From Mobula birostris (taxonomy: Eukaryota): a stretch of DNA of 64,000 nt. The notes beneath the pieces are model-generated. The model was not told the DNA's origin. It worked only from the letters and a program-made list of their open reading frames with translations, and did not search any database. How positions within the stretch are numbered: position 1 is the first letter of the stretch; every line of letters starts with the position of its first letter. The stretch is taken from contig NC_092375.1 in assembly GCF_030028105.1 (NCBI RefSeq), positions 141,139,035 through 141,203,034 of the forward strand, given 5' to 3'. Below are positions 33,427-47,600 of the stretch, piece after piece. The position numbers were made by a program, and so were the translations under genes.

Positions 33427-36400
33427 TTAGTGATGGGATCTCGAGTCCTCATTTTGTTCCTGGAATGGGAAGATGAGCAGATTTGTAATCTTCAGCTGGA
33501 CTGAGCTCACTCTGATGTCAATGTTTTCTCATTAGTTTTAATGATGATCATATCAGACACAAAGCTTCAGTTTATACTTACATTTGAAGGCTCCTCCGAT
33601 GATAATTCTGTTGACTCGCTTTTCATCTGTTTTACAAGATAAAATCAGATTTGCACATCAGTGATAGATCCACATCAAAAACTTTACAATCAATCTGAAT
33701 TTCGGCAAAATATTAATGAAATCAATTGCAAAGAATGTCATTATGTTGAAGAAGATGCAAACAAGAATTGTGAAGATATTACCAAGACTGGAGGGTTTGT
33801 TGTGTAAGAAAAGGCTGGATAGGTGAGGAGTTGATTCCCTGAAGTGCAAGAAAGTAGGTGAAGATGTAATAGTGGTTAATAAAACTTGGAGAGGAATAGA
33901 TAAGGCAAATAGGGCAGAGGAGTCTAAAGTGAGAGAACATAGATTTAAAGTGCAAGGGGAAGATTCAAAAGTGAGGTGAGGAGCAACTTTTTCAAACAGA
34001 GATGGTGGTTTAATGGCATGAATGGCCAGTAGAAATGTGAGATTTAAAATGCATTTGGACAGTCCATAGATAAAAAAAGGTATTTAAGAGATATGGGCCA
34101 AATATAGGAAACTTGTTCAGCACAGATGAATTGGACCAAGGACCAGCACCTGCATTGTATAGCTCGATGATTCTATTAATTTAAGAGGGGTGATTGATTA
34201 CTTCATTTGTTCTCGACTGTGCTGACATTGGGTGCTTAAGGTTGTTATAGGCGGGGGCTGTAGTTGGGATAGGCTCCCACTACCTATTAAATACTCCCAA
34301 TAGCATATATTTCAAATAGCCTCTTGACAACCAAACCCAGCTCCAGGCCTTCACATGTACCTTAGCTACTAAGCCAATGGAACTGTTTCTACTGAAAGGA
34401 GGAGGGGCAAAGATGGTTTACTGGCACTTTAAAACTAGTCGCTTCAGGCACATGGGGCTCATCAGCTGTGGTTAGCAGTTCACCTTGGAGAATGAATACT
34501 CTGATCTCAAACCTCCACTGCTTTGCGTCTACAGCCACCCATGGGAATGGCTTTCAGAATAAACCACAAGGAAAGCTCTGGATCTGCAGTCCCTAAGGCA
34601 GTCCTATGTTGAGTTCAAAACTGACTGGCAACTCCTGCGGCACCACTGATGCCAAACTGTATCAGTCTCTGTCGTCCTTTGGACTCACCAGCTATGTGGA
34701 GAGGGTAAGGCTGCTACATGGACAACAGCTTGCTCTCCATATCATACTGCCCTGGCTTGTGTGCCACTTAGACAGCTGAGACACCACCTCCATGGTTGAC
34801 CGGACCGGTGGAAAGCCTCAGTGCTGGCATCTCCCTGCACCATACACTTCTAGACTCAGGGCCAATAGTTATAGTGATTTAAATGAGGGGATCCTCCTTT
34901 CATGAAACTACCAGAAATATCAATCCACAGGCCATGATTGTCTGCAGGAGAGGGTGTCCTTCCAAATTCTATTTCAAAATTTAGTGAAGAACAAACTCAC
35001 ACTCAGGCTAATGATGGGCATCCTCAGGACATGCACAGAGAATTTGTGCATTAATATGCCATCCTCTCCCTTCTCCAGGTAGTCATTTAATTATGTTTAC
35101 CCAGTTTAGTTTTCATCGGTATATTATGGTTGAAAATCAATAGATGAAAATTCCAAGATTAGACTTACATCAGAAGACTCCTCGACTGATGTCTCATTTG
35201 ACTTGCTCTCTACCTGCATGAAAAGATCAAAATTTATATGCTCAGCATGTTAATTTATGAAAGTTTGTGAAGTAACCTGAGAACAAGCCCTTCAAAGATT
35301 TAATTATTTATAAACCTAGCTATATCCCCTTTATTTATTTATTACCGCAGTGGAGAAATGCTCACCAGAACAACTAAATTTTGCAAAAATAATCATATCA
35401 CATAATGTGAGGTGTGACGGGTCTCTAGATAATTTGGGGAAAATGTCACTCTCACCCAATTAATTGGTATTGTTGTATTGAACCTGTTCTGCACCATCAC
35501 TTGGTCTCTTTAATTGGTGAGTGTTACAGACATTGCCCTCATGTCTAGCACCCAATCTTGTTGCTATCCAGCTCGCTTTATCCTTGAGAGGAAGCAAACT
35601 CACTTTCTGTTTTGGAGCCCCTCAGTCAAACTTCCCCTCAGGAATCAAACATCGAAATACCTATCTCAATAGACTGACCTAAAGAGAGCGGTGCAGACTT
35701 GATGGCCAAATGGTCTTATTCTGCTCCTATATCTTATATTTTATGGTCTAAGTGGCCCTTTCTCCCTCTACTCTGACATAGTTGAATGCAATATGTTTAA
35801 CATATTTACTTAGCGTTGAGATCAAAAAGATCATCAGTTTTTTTTCCATTTATACTCACATCAGCTGAATCCTCAAGAGATGACTCTGTTGATTTGTCTT
35901 TTTCCTGTACGGAAATTATATTAATTTGTTTAGTACAAGACAGTGAGGAATTTTGAAAATATATAAACTGAAAAATTCCCAGTTTGCACAAGTACTAAAT
36001 ATTGAAATATAATTCAGTCTTTGTTCACTCCGGGCATTTCAGCAGAAAATGCAGCAGGCCATTGGGAAGGCAAATTATCTTTATTGCAAGAGGACTTGAA
36101 AAGAAGAATACTACAATTGTATCGAACCCTGGTGAGGATTGTGTGGTTTTGGTTGACTTATCTGAAGAAAGATATGTTTGAGACAGAGGATACAGCAAAG
36201 TTCTACAAGTATACTACCCATGAAGGTACATCTGCCACATGAGGAGAGATTAAGTGCGATAGACTCTACTCATTACAGATTGGAAGAATGAGAGGAAATA
36301 CCATGAGCAAAATTATGAGAGGTCTTCAATACTTATCAGGGAAAGGGTTTTCACCAATCCAAGGAGTTGAGACTTGGCTTACAGTCTCAAAATAAGAGCT

Positions 36401-38959
36401 TGGTCAATGAGGAATGAGGTGAAACTCAGATGGTGAATCTTTGGAATTCTCAACCCTGGAAAGCTGGGGAGCCTCAATCGCAAGTTCATCCAAAACAGGG
36501 TTGATGAATTGTTCGATTTTAAGGGAATCAGGGCTTACAGTGTTACGACAGGAAAATTGCTTTGAGGTAGAAGCTAATATTCAATATCTTCGCTGTCCTC
36601 TTTCACCCATTGTCTAGAACAGGCCTAGAATGAAGTAAGATCCTCAGACTCTATTCTGACAGATCAATCTAGGTTTCATATCTTATTGAGAAACTGGATA
36701 TCAAATCCCAAATTAAACTTACGTTTGAAGATATTTCCAGTGAAGTTTCCTCTGAACTGCTTTTCACCTGTATAAAAACACGTACATGTATATCATTAGT
36801 ACAAGGTATATTTAGTAAATCTGAAACAAATAATAGACCAGAATGTTGAATTATCAATGGAGAGTTATTAATCCTAACATTTCTGAATGATAATTCAATG
36901 AATTAGCGTTAGATTGCAGAAGCTTCAATAAAAATTATCTCTATACTACACTGATGTTCAAAATAAATGTCAGGAGCAGAATGAATGGATATTCCTACAA
37001 CAGTTGCTATAGGCATCATTGCCATCTGTTTTATTGAATCCATGGAAGGATTGGTACTTCGTGAATCTCAGTGATGAGAGTTTGTCAGACACTTCTCCTG
37101 TAGTCCCGTTCTGCTGATGCTCAGTTCATCTTCAGCAGAGAACAAACTCATCATGCACTGAAATCTAATATTAGAATCCCCTCCCTACACATCAGACTGG
37201 GACACATGCTGTCTCATCCACTATTCCTAACGGAGAACTTAACATTTCATTGAAAATAATTATAATCACTTCATCACGAACAATTGAGATCAACAAAAAA
37301 AATCTGATAAATTACTGATTAATACTCACATCTGAGGTTTCCTCAAGTGATTTTTCTTTTGATTTGCTTTGTGCCTGTAAGATAAAGATACTTATTTTCA
37401 GATCTTCAGCATACATAAACAATGAAATGTTCAGTAAACAATCTTGTGTTAGAAATTCCATTGCCCTGAATTGTATGAATGCAGTTACCTCGATACTGTT
37501 TTCATTTGATTCTGTTGAGTCACTCTCGCTGTCAACTGTCGTCAGACCGTCACACTCCACATCAACGTCAGCTACCTTATCAGCAAAAAATTCCACGTGG
37601 CTTTTGCAGAACCCTTTCTCCTGTTAGTATGAAGCAGAATGTAAGGAGATTATAAATAATTCCAAGCAAGACACAAAATCAAAATGATTATGCTCTAACT
37701 TAATTCTTAGCCTTTACTTTGATATAACCACATATGTATGGCCATTTCTATCAAACAGGTTGTAATTAAAGTTTGTATTTTGTTGCTAATACATACACGG
37801 ACTTGCATGATCTAAGATATAACTCTGGACTCACCGCAATGTTTTTATGGCGGAAAGAGCAACTGGGATCATCAAATTCCTGTCCAGAATTCTTGGAGCA
37901 GACAGTTTCTTTCACGGAGAATATTAAATCCACGCTGTAGGACAGTTTACCCGTACGATATGTCTTAAGAAAGGGAAGGATAATTGGTGAATTATTACCT
38001 CTGGTGTTTTTCCACTGGTCTGATAAAACTCAGAGTTACAGAGGCTTTAATTCCAGCAAATGGTTACAGTGGTAGCGTCTGAGCAGTCAACCAAAATGAA
38101 CAGGAGGATGACTTTGCCCAGTGGTAAAACTGTCACTTAAACCATCACAACAGGAATACTCAATTTGCATGAATCCATAATTATTGGAGGAAATTAACTA
38201 ACAAATTTGGAAAACTTCCAGTGACATCAAAATCAAAGATTGGCTGAACTTCCAAACTTAATTCCAAAGCTTTGGTCATATCAAGTTGCACAACTCAAAC
38301 ACTGAAGGAGAGTTAAAAAGCTGACCACTCTGTACACAATATAATATTCAGCTCCCGTTGAAAACTTAGATTCCATCTTATCTTAACGTTTATCTCATAC
38401 TTTGAATTATGCAGCTTGAGGCCACTCAGCCCTTCAGGCATATACTGGCTCCCAGGTGACCAATCCCATCAATTCCACTCTCCCTCTCATCAAATCCCCA
38501 TAATGTTGCAACTTACTCTCTCTATCACAAACATCATCTCTCCTTTCATTGGTTTTTTGCTGTTAAACTACTCTTAGGGTAAGTTTAAGTAGACAGTTAC
38601 CCTGCACTCAGACACATCAATAGTTTGTGAAACACAATTAGCCAAAGGCACACTTACATTTGCCACGCCTCTCCTGGTGATACCACAGAGGTTGGTGATC
38701 TCGGTGATTTCATTCAGCTTTATCACTGAGGCTCTCAGAGCTTCCTTGGTGCTTGGCACTCCTGTAGAGAGAGAGAGGGGAAGTCATACAATATGCATTC
38801 TAACAAACCACTGTGAATTCTTCTCACACCTGGGTGAAATGTCGTTGCTTGAAGCTCAGTACCAACAACTTCCTGCTCTCTGATTTCCCACTCTCCCCAG
38901 TACTTACCTGAGCAGTAGAGGATCTGCACTGCAGCAATGGCAAGCAGGAAAGTTTTCAT
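33427..38959 (-). CDS. SPP2: SPP2-like copy 2, 224 aa
   Basis: Exons: 38959-38908 MKTFLLAIAAVQILYCS/G; 38761-38658; 37963-37835 (..SVKETVCSKNSGQEFDDPSCSFRHKNIA); 37620-37489 (EKGFCKSHVEFFADKVADVDVECDGLTTVDSESDSTESNENSIE); 37374-37330 AQSKSKEKSLEETSD; 36767-36723 VKSSSEETSLEISSN; 35904-35860 EKDKSTESSLEDSAD; 35213-35169 VESKSNETSVEESSD; 33626-33582 MKSESTELSSEEPSN; 33459-33427 EQNEDSRSHH*. Frame intact, all introns GT-AG. Confidence 0.9.
34229..34820. mobile_element. Unclassified ~590-bp retroposon in intron 8 of copy 2
   Basis: Flanked by a 10-bp TSD gtgctg(a/g)cat. Empty site in copy 1 (~8545). Its right end survives in copy 3 (~50270-50310). Confidence 0.6.
37068..37157 (-). CDS. Candidate alternative terminal exon of copy 2 (CMMSLFSAEDELSISRTGLQEKCLTNSHH*)
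   Basis: tttcag acceptor, phase 0, AATAAA at 37030-37035. Same length and stop position as in copy 3. Confidence 0.65.
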   Translation of the reverse strand, partial: CMMSLFSAEDELSISRTGLQEKCLTNSHH

Positions 38960-39757
38960 TCTGGATTGTGTGGAATCAGCTAGTTTCTCACAGTGAAGGA
39001 ACTGCTTCTCTCTGTCTCTCGATCTGCCTTTACCACGCTGCCTTCAGTCTTTATATCCTGCACCTCCACCACATTCAAACACTAGCTCGTGTTTGCATAG
39101 CTTGCTGACCGTGGGTACCGGAACCAGATGAGAGGTGGGTCTAATTATGGGCAAGCTTCCTCCTAGTATCGTCATCATGTTTAGGTCTGGTGGGAAATTG
39201 AGTCAGTTCATGTTGCATTCCTTGGAATATGAAATAATAAATTTACAGAGGTGAAGAAACAATCTTCTCAAACTTGTACAAATTCACTTAACACTTGCAC
39301 TAATTTTCCTGATGATTTACCTACAGTGTACCAGAAATATGCTGGAAATACCAGCACACTGTTACAAGAACCCTTAGTGATAAATCCAAAGTATGTTGAG
39401 AGAAGTCTTGTATGTTTTTCATGTTCTACCAACGTTTACAGTGATATTGATGACATTATTAGAGGTAAATGAGTTTTCTGAGCAGTTGGGAGAGTTTGTG
39501 TGATTGGATGATTGAAATATAGAAGGCAGAAAATAAAGAAATTAAAAGGGTTAACTCAACATTGTGGGCCAGAAGGCCTGTAATGTGCTCTAATGTAATT
39601 TTGGAGACACAGTAGACTGCGGATGGTAGAAACCTAGACTACCATACAAAGGCATTGGAGAAACTCTGCAAGTCAGGCAGGATCTATGGTGGGAAATGGA
39701 CAGGCAAGATTTTGGTTTAAGTCTCTCATCTGGGCTGGAAATAAAGAGGGGAGGTAG

Positions 39758-39987
39758 TGATGCACTATCAATAACTCCAAAAGCTTAGAAGTAGAGTAAG
39801 TACTGAAAGGCTTTTGTTAGCAGTAAAATGTGACCTCCACCGTGCTGAGTATCTGTCCTGGACTGAGAGGAGGAGCAATGGCACAATCGCCTTTATTCAG
39901 GGTCTGTGGGAGGAGCTACAGGAGCAGTCAGCAGAGGGGCGTGTCCAGACAGGTAACCTAGTTACAACATATATATGGTTTACCACA
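39758..39987 (-). mobile_element. 230-bp solo LTR ~0.7 kb upstream of the copy 2 TATA box
   Basis: TG...CA termini, perfect 5-bp TSD GGTAG, minus-strand AATAAA. Empty site gaggtag|ttagtataaa at ~58700. Confidence 0.85.
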
Positions 39988-42461
39988 GGTAGTTAGTATA
40001 AAAGTGAAGAAAGTGATGGAGCAAGATTTGACAGCATAACACACTATAGCCTGGTTTATTCATTATTAGAAATATTTCATTCCTTTATTTTTTTTTGCTT
40101 TTTTTTAAGTGTATAGATCTTTAAAAAGACAGTGCAATGAATGTTCTAATTGCTGCAAATGAAGAAATTTCTCTAAATGTTACATCTGACATTCGGTAAG
40201 CAAAATACCCTCAGTTGCTGGAAATCTGAACTTCACTCTCACTCTCTTGGTGACAGGTTTAAATCAATGGCCCTCACAACCTGCTCTTTGTTCTTAGGAA
40301 TTGATCATTTCCATTGACCACAACAAATTTCTGAATTGTTCTATTAACTTCCTATTAAATTAATCCTTTTCTGTTCCAATGAAGATTGTCTTGAAATCTA
40401 AAATTTCCTAACTGCAGTCTCATATCATCCCTAATATGCCAGAAATTCTATGCTATCCACTTGCTGTGGGTTCAACATCCTTTCTCCCTCTCTGGCAGGT
40501 TGATTCCTTCGTATCAGCAGAGCCCAACACAGGATGTTATTGGAGCCAGTGACAGGTGGCTAGTTCAACAGGTTTATTGCTGTTAAGACCATTTCTTGGC
40601 ATCATCAATCCAGCGCTTATGTGGTCACCAACCAGAAGGCAACATCAAGGGTGAAGTCTGAGAGAAGAACACAGACCCCGAAGAAATATCATTCTGCTCC
40701 ATCATTAAATTCTGACGTAAGGGCATTCTGTAACATTCAACTACAATTGGCTTGTGTTCCACTGTGCATCTCTTAGCCCTGCTGTGATTTTCCAGGCATC
40801 GTTCCAGTAATGAAAACCTTAAATCATTCATTTTCAATGGGTTGAACTTGGAGCAAACATGTCAGTGTTTGGTTAATCTGATCTGTAAACAGAATGATGA
40901 TTGCCTACAGTTGAGTATATCTGAGCAGCACTGACCATTGAGATGACCCACTGTGCCGTGTGTGGGAGTACCAGTTCACTAATGCAGGGGCAGTGTGCAC
41001 ACGTTGGCCACGTCCAACATGGTTTTGTGGGAAGCTCATGAACTGATGGTCTCTTTATCTACCAGCCAAGTTTGTGTGGGATAAATTCCCCATTTCACTC
41101 TCAGGAATCCAGTTTGCTGATAAATAAATTAACAAACATGCTGATAAACAGTAATCAAGGATTATGAGTAATCCAGCACCCAGAAACTGAAGCATTCACA
41201 CTGCAACAGGCAACAAGATGCTGCAAAGCCCCAGTGCAGTCTCTGAGATAGTGATATAAGAATGTGTCGTTCTGTTCCATTCACTTAGTGCCAACAATAG
41301 CAATAGTGCAGTAAACACCTAATGTGTTGCTGGCCCTGTGTTCACATTTACCCCAGTATTAAAGCTCATAGATTTGAATCACAGGTCCTTGGGATAGTTT
41401 TGACCGTGGTCATACATTGATCTTCAATGTGCGGGGCATTTGCTCAAACCACTTTATGGCATTTTTGGGATTAGGACATATGGCAAAATATTAAGTATTA
41501 ACTTCAGCAGCTAACTGCTGCCACCAAGCTCCAGATCTGAATATGGACTGTACATTAAACTTAAAATGCAGCTGTGGCCAATAGGTTTCAAAGAGCTGTG
41601 AACTGCAATTAATTAAAAAACCAGACTATGCTGATTTAACATTCATTTGGGTATCTGTAGTGTGGGTACAAAGAAGGATGTGTGAACGATGTATGCAATT
41701 CAAAGGAAGTACTGTAGATACATCATAAATATAGAATTGTCCTTTGATCTTTAGCATATAAAATATCATGAAATGTTGGGTCGAGTAGATCTCTTCCTCC
41801 GAAAGGGTATCATCATGATGCCCTCTGTGTTTCATTTTGTCGAATAAAGACACTACTTCATATCCACCAGCTGCCTCTACACACATTGAGTTCATATTAT
41901 TGTAGCATTACTACAGATTAGTGTCTGAATAAAGGATCAACCCCATTACAAAGATTTCGCTGCAATATGTTCTGATGACAGAAGCTAATTAGTGACCCGA
42001 ATATGGGTACTTCACCCAGGGCTTTGTTTTTGGACTGTGTGTTGTTGACGGTGGTCATGGAAGCTGTGGTCAGGGTTCCTGGCTCCTGGGCTGCATGCTG
42101 GTGTCAGAGTTCATGTGGGAGGAGAAGGGGAGAGTTAAAGAAAAAGCACTAAATCAATTGGTGGAGGTAAACAGCTCAGGAAAAGGAAACAAGTCAACAT
42201 CTGCCTGGAAAACATGTGCCAATATTTGCATGAAAATATCAATCATATTTTGAACAGAATGAGGCTCTCATCTTTTCATCATAAAGACTTGTGTTTTAAA
42301 AGTAGGAAAATCTGAATCCAGTTATCTTGTGAGAAATCTATTTATCCCCAGTTTTTACAGGGCAGTACATTTAAGTTAACCCCTTTCATGCCAAAATTCA
42401 TTAGTTGTAGCTGGTGTTTCATCTTCATGTTGCTCATTGAAGCAAAGTTTCAGTCAATAAT

Positions 42462-44917
42462 AAGGCCATAAGACCATAAGATATAGGAGCAGAAGTAGGC
42501 CATTTACCCCATTGAGTCTGCTCCACCATTCAATCATGAGCCGATCCAATTCTTGCAGTCATCCCCACTCCCCTGCATTCTGCCCATACCCTTTGATGCC
42601 CCGGCTAATCAAGAACCTATCTATCTCTGCCTTAAATACAAACGTTTGTACATCCAATGACTTGGCCTCCACAGCTGCTTGTGGCAACAAATTCCACAGA
42701 TTTACCACACTCTGACTAAAGTAATTTCTCTGCATCTCAGTTCTAAAAGGATGTCTTTCAATCCTGAAGTTGTGCACTCTTGTCCTAGAATCCCCTGCCA
42801 TGGGAAATAAATTTGGCATATCTAATCTGTTCAGGCCTTTTAACATTCGGAATTTTCTATGAGATCACTCCTCATTCTACTGAACTCCAGAGAATACAGC
42901 TCAAGAGCTGCCAGACTTTCCTCATACGGTAACCCTTTCATTCCTGGAATCATCCTCGTGAATCTTCTCTGAACCCTCTCTAATGTCAGTATATTCTTTC
43001 TAAGATAAGGAGCCCAAAACTGCACACAATACTCCAAGTGTGGTCTCACGATTGCCTTAAAGAGCCTCAACATCACACCCCTGCTGTTATATTCTATACC
43101 TCTAGAAATGAATGCCAACATTGCATTCACCTTCTTCATAACCAACTCAACCTGGAGGTTAACCTTTAGTGTATCTTGCACAAGGACGCCCAAGTCTCCT
43201 TGCATCTCTGCATTTTGAATTCTCTCCCCATCTAAATAATAGTCTCCCCATTTGTTTCTTCTACCAAAGTGCATGACCATACACTTTCCAACATTGTATT
43301 TCATTTGCCACTTCTTTGCCCATTCCCCTATACTATCTAAGTCTCTCTGCAGGCTCTCTGTTTCCTCAACACTATCCGCTCCTCCACCTATTTTTGTATC
43401 ATCGGCAATTTTAGCCACAAATCCATTAATACCTTGGTCCAAATCATTGACATACATTGTGAAAAGCAGCGGTCCCAACAACAACCCCTGTGGAACTCCA
43501 GCTAGCCAGAATAGGATTCCTTTATTCCTACTCCGTGTTTTCTGCCGACCAGCCCACTCTAGTAACTTCCCTGTAATTCCATGGGTTCTTGTCACGCTAA
43601 GCAGCCTCATCTGCAGCACCTTGTCAAAGGCCTTCTGAAAATCCAAGTACACCACGTCTACTGCATCTCCTTTGTCTACCCTGCTTGTAATTTCCTCAAA
43701 AAATTGCAGTAGGTTTGTCAGGCAGGATTTTCCTTTCGGGAAACCATGCTGGCTTTGGCTCTATTTTGTCATCTGCCTCCAGGTTCTCCTTAATCCCATC
43801 CCTAACAGTTGATTCCAACAACTTCCCAACCACTTATTTCAGGCTAACAGGTCTATCGTTTCCTTTCTGCTGCCTGCCACCCTTCTTAAAAAGCAGAGTA
43901 ACATTTGCAATTTTTCAGTCATCCGGTACAATGCCAGAATCTATCGGTTCTTGAAAGATCATTGTTAGTGCTTCAGCAATCTCTCCAGCTACTTCCTTCA
44001 GAACCCGAGGGTGCATTCCATCAGGTCCAGGAGATTTATCCACCCTCAGACCAATAAGCTTCCTGTGCACCTTCTCAGTCGCAATTTTCACTGCATAAAC
44101 TTCACTTCCCTGACACTCTTGTATGTCCGGTATATTGCAGACATCTTCCACTGTGAAGACTGATGCAAAATACACATTCATTTCCTCTGCCATCTCTGCA
44201 TCTCTCATTACACGATCTACAGTGTCATTTTGTATTGGTGCTATATCTACCCTCGACTCTCTTTTGCCCGTTATATACTTAAAAAAGCTTTTTGTATCTT
44301 CTTTGATATTAGTTGCCAGTTTCCTCTCATAATTCATCTTTTCCTTCTGAATGACCTTCTTAGATTCCTTCTGCAAGTTTTTAAAAGCTCCCCATTCCTC
44401 TATCTTCCCACTAGCTCTGGCTTCCTTGTATGTCCCCTCTTCTGCTTATACTTTGGCTCTGACTTCACTTGTCAGCTACGGTAGTGTCCTTCTTCCCTTT
44501 GAAAATTTCTTCTTATTTGGAATATATCTGTCTTGCACTTCCCTCATTTTTCACAGAAACTCCAGCCATTGCTGCTCTGCTGTCCTTCCTGCAAATGTCC
44601 CTTTCCAGTCAACTTTGGTCAGTTCCCCTCTCGTGCCATTGTAATTATTCCACTGAAATACCGACACATTGGATTTTATTTTTTCCCTCTCAAATTGCAA
44701 TGTGAACTCGGTCATATTGTGATCACTGTTCCCTAAGGATTCCTTAACCTTAAACTCTCTTATCACCTCCAGATCATTGCACAACACCCAATCCAGCACA
44801 GCCAATCCCCTAGTGGGCTCAACAACAAGCTGTTCCAAAAAGCCATCCCTTAGACATTCTGCAAATTCTCTCTTTTTAAGTTCAGTACTGACCTGGTTTT
44901 CCCAATCCACTTTCCTG
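42462..44917 (-). mobile_element. Long CR1 ORF2 fragment (endonuclease end to RT and 3' tail)
   Basis: LDWVLCN..SDHNM; KSPGPDGMHPRVLKE; YLDFQKAFDKV; GVPQG..LGPLLF; ADDTK. Frameshifted. Splits a block that is contiguous in units 1 and 3. Confidence 0.95.
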
Positions 44918-45841
44918 TAGCTGTATGTGATGGTGCAGATTCTGCTTTCTAAGGTGGATGGCATGCCAAGAAAGGTTTGGTGACTGGCATTTGCAGAGAA
45001 AACTAAGTATGAGCAAGTTTACCTTCTATGCATTATACCGGGTGGATTGAATCTGGAGGAACACCAGAACGCCTTCTCTCAATTCACCGGTGACACAACT
45101 GTTGTTGGCAGAATCTCAGATGGTGACGAAGAGGCATACAACCGTGAGACGTCAGCTAGTTGAGTGGTGCTACAAGAACAACATTACACTAGATGTCAGT
45201 AAGACCGAAGAATTTATTGTGGATTTCAGGAAGGTCAGTTGGGGGAATACATACCAGTCCTCATCGAGTGGCCAGCAGTGTAAAGAGAAAGCAGCTTCTA
45301 GCTCTGGGTTGTCAGCATCTCTGAAGAGCTATTCTGGGCCTAACATATTGATGCAATTATGAAGAAGGGACAACAAGAGCTATATTTCATACAGTTTGAG
45401 GAGATTTGGCATGACAGCAAATACTCTTACAAATTTCAACAGGTGTACCATCGACTGCATCCTGTCTGTTTGCATCTCCATCATGGGCACCAGCTTTCTC
45501 ACCATCAAGGACATATTGAAAGGCAGTGCTTCAACTGGATGGCATCTACAGATTCATTCTCTCAGCCATCAGACTTCAGAATGAATCATGAACCCATAAA
45601 CACTGCCCCACTTTTTGCTCTCTTTTTACACTACTTGTTTATGTTTTATATTTCCAGTTACAATTTTTGGTATTTTTTATGTGTTGTTCTGTACTACCAC
45701 CACAAAACAACAAATTTCATGACATACAACAGGAATTCTGCAGATGCTGGAAATTCAAGCACACGCATCAAAATTGCTGGTGAACACAGGAGGCCAAATT
45801 TCATGACATATATCAGTGATAATTAAGCTGATTCTGATTCT

Positions 45842-47600
45842 GAGGGACCAGATATATGAGTGTTTGAATAGATATAAACTGGTTAAGGATAGTCAGCCTG
45901 GCTTTGTGTGTGCTAAATCATGTCTAACCAATCTTATAGAGTTTTCCGAGGAAGTTAGCAGCAAAGTTCAAGAAGGCAAGGCACTGGATGTCATATACAT
46001 GAACTAAAGTAAGGCCTTTGATAAGGTCCAATATGGGAGGTGTCAGTCTCTCAGCATTCAAGATGGCATAGTAAATTATATTGGACATTGCTTTGTGCAA
46101 GAAGCCAGAAATGGTAGTAGATGGTTGCCTCTCTGACTGGAAGCCTGTGGCTAATGGAGTGCTGCAGGGATCAGTGCTGGGTCCATTATTGTTTGTCATC
46201 TATATCAACAATCTGGGTGACAATGTGATTGATTGGATCAGCAATTTGTGGATGACACCAGGATGAGTGGAGAGCAAGGATGACTATCAAAGCCTGGATC
46301 TGGACTGGCTGGAAAAATGGCAGATGGGATCTAATGCACACAAGTTTGAGACGTTGCACCTCAGTAGGACCAACCAGAGTAGGTCCTACACAATAAATGA
46401 TTGGACACTGAGAAGTGCGGTAGAACAATGGGATCTGGGAATACAGGTCCATAATTCATAGAAAGTGACGTCACAGGTAGATAAGGTTGTAAAGAAAGCT
46501 TTTGACACATTGGCCCTTTTAAATCAAAGTATTGAATGCAGGAGACGGGATGTTATATTGAAGTTGTACAAAGTATTGGTGAGGCCTTACTTGGAGTATT
46601 GTGTGCAGTTTTGGTTACCTACCTACCGGAAAGATGACAATAAGGTTGAAAGAGTACAGAGAAAATTTACAAGGACATTGCCAGATTTGGAGTACCTGAA
46701 CTATAAGGAAAGATTGAATACGTTAGGATTTTATTCCTTGGTATGTAGAAGATTGAGAGGAGATTTGATAGAGGTGTACAAATTTATGAGAGGTATAGAT
46801 AGCAGCGCGACGCAGCGTGCACAGCTCTCCGGTGAAATGATATCATATCTGTTAAATAGGGGCCGTGGACAATTCTGATTTGATGGAGACAGACGTGAAA
46901 GCACAGAGGAACATCAGGAGAAATTTCTGAAATGCAGGTTCACTGCCATTGTTACCGTGCGATCGAGAATCTTCCAGCGGGAAGGTCCCCAAATCCCCGG
47001 CTTTGCCTGCTGCTGGCGACCGAGGCTGAGGTCGAAGCGCTCGGATAGAGATGGTGCTCGGTACTTGGTGTCGGAGGGCTGATCGGAGGCTCAAAGTTTT
47101 CGGACGGCTCGGAGTCTGACTGTGGTCGGGCATGGCAGGGAGAGTTTTCTTCCTTCTCCCGTCTGCGTGAGATGTGGGACATTTGAGAGACTTTGAACTT
47201 TTTTACTGTGCCATGGCCTGTTCTTCATCAAGTTATGGTATTGTTGCACTGTTGTAAATATATTTTATAATTATGTGGTTTTTGTTAATTCTTCAGTTAT
47301 TTAGTCTGCCCTGTATTTCTGTGATATCACACCGGAGGAATATGCATGCATTACTAAATGACAATAAAAGAGGACTGCGTGTCCTCATAATCTAATCTAA
47401 TCTAATAGGGAATCTTGTCACTCAGAAGGCCATGAGAGTGTGGAACAAGCTGTCAGTACAAATGGGGCATCCAAGCTCAAGAGAAGTTTGGACAGGTAGG
47501 GGTATGGATGACCATGGCTCCAATGCAGTTCGATGGGAGCAGGCAGTTTAAATGGTTTGGACTGGAGGGAACCATTTCTGTGCTGTACTTTTCTATGACT
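45842..47600 (+). mobile_element. CR1 RT fragment with a nested ~600-bp GC-rich retroposon (46801-47404, (TCTAA)n tail)
   Basis: GFVCAKSCLTNLIEF, GVLQGSVLGPLLF, VRPYLEYCVQFW. CR1 similarity stops at 46800 and resumes after the TCTAA repeats. Confidence 0.85.

Noticed and set aside
34990-35040. Additional mini-exon in intron 8 (gtgagt donor-like site in copies 2 and 3)
   Set aside because: The donor is absent in copy 1, there is an in-frame stop, and it does not resemble the repeat consensus.
37963-37970. Splice defects (AAG acceptor at exon 3 in copies 2 and 3; GTATAG donor at exon 4 in copy 1)
   Set aside because: Still canonical GT-AG, with a good pyrimidine tract and conserved exons, so not evidence of pseudogenisation.
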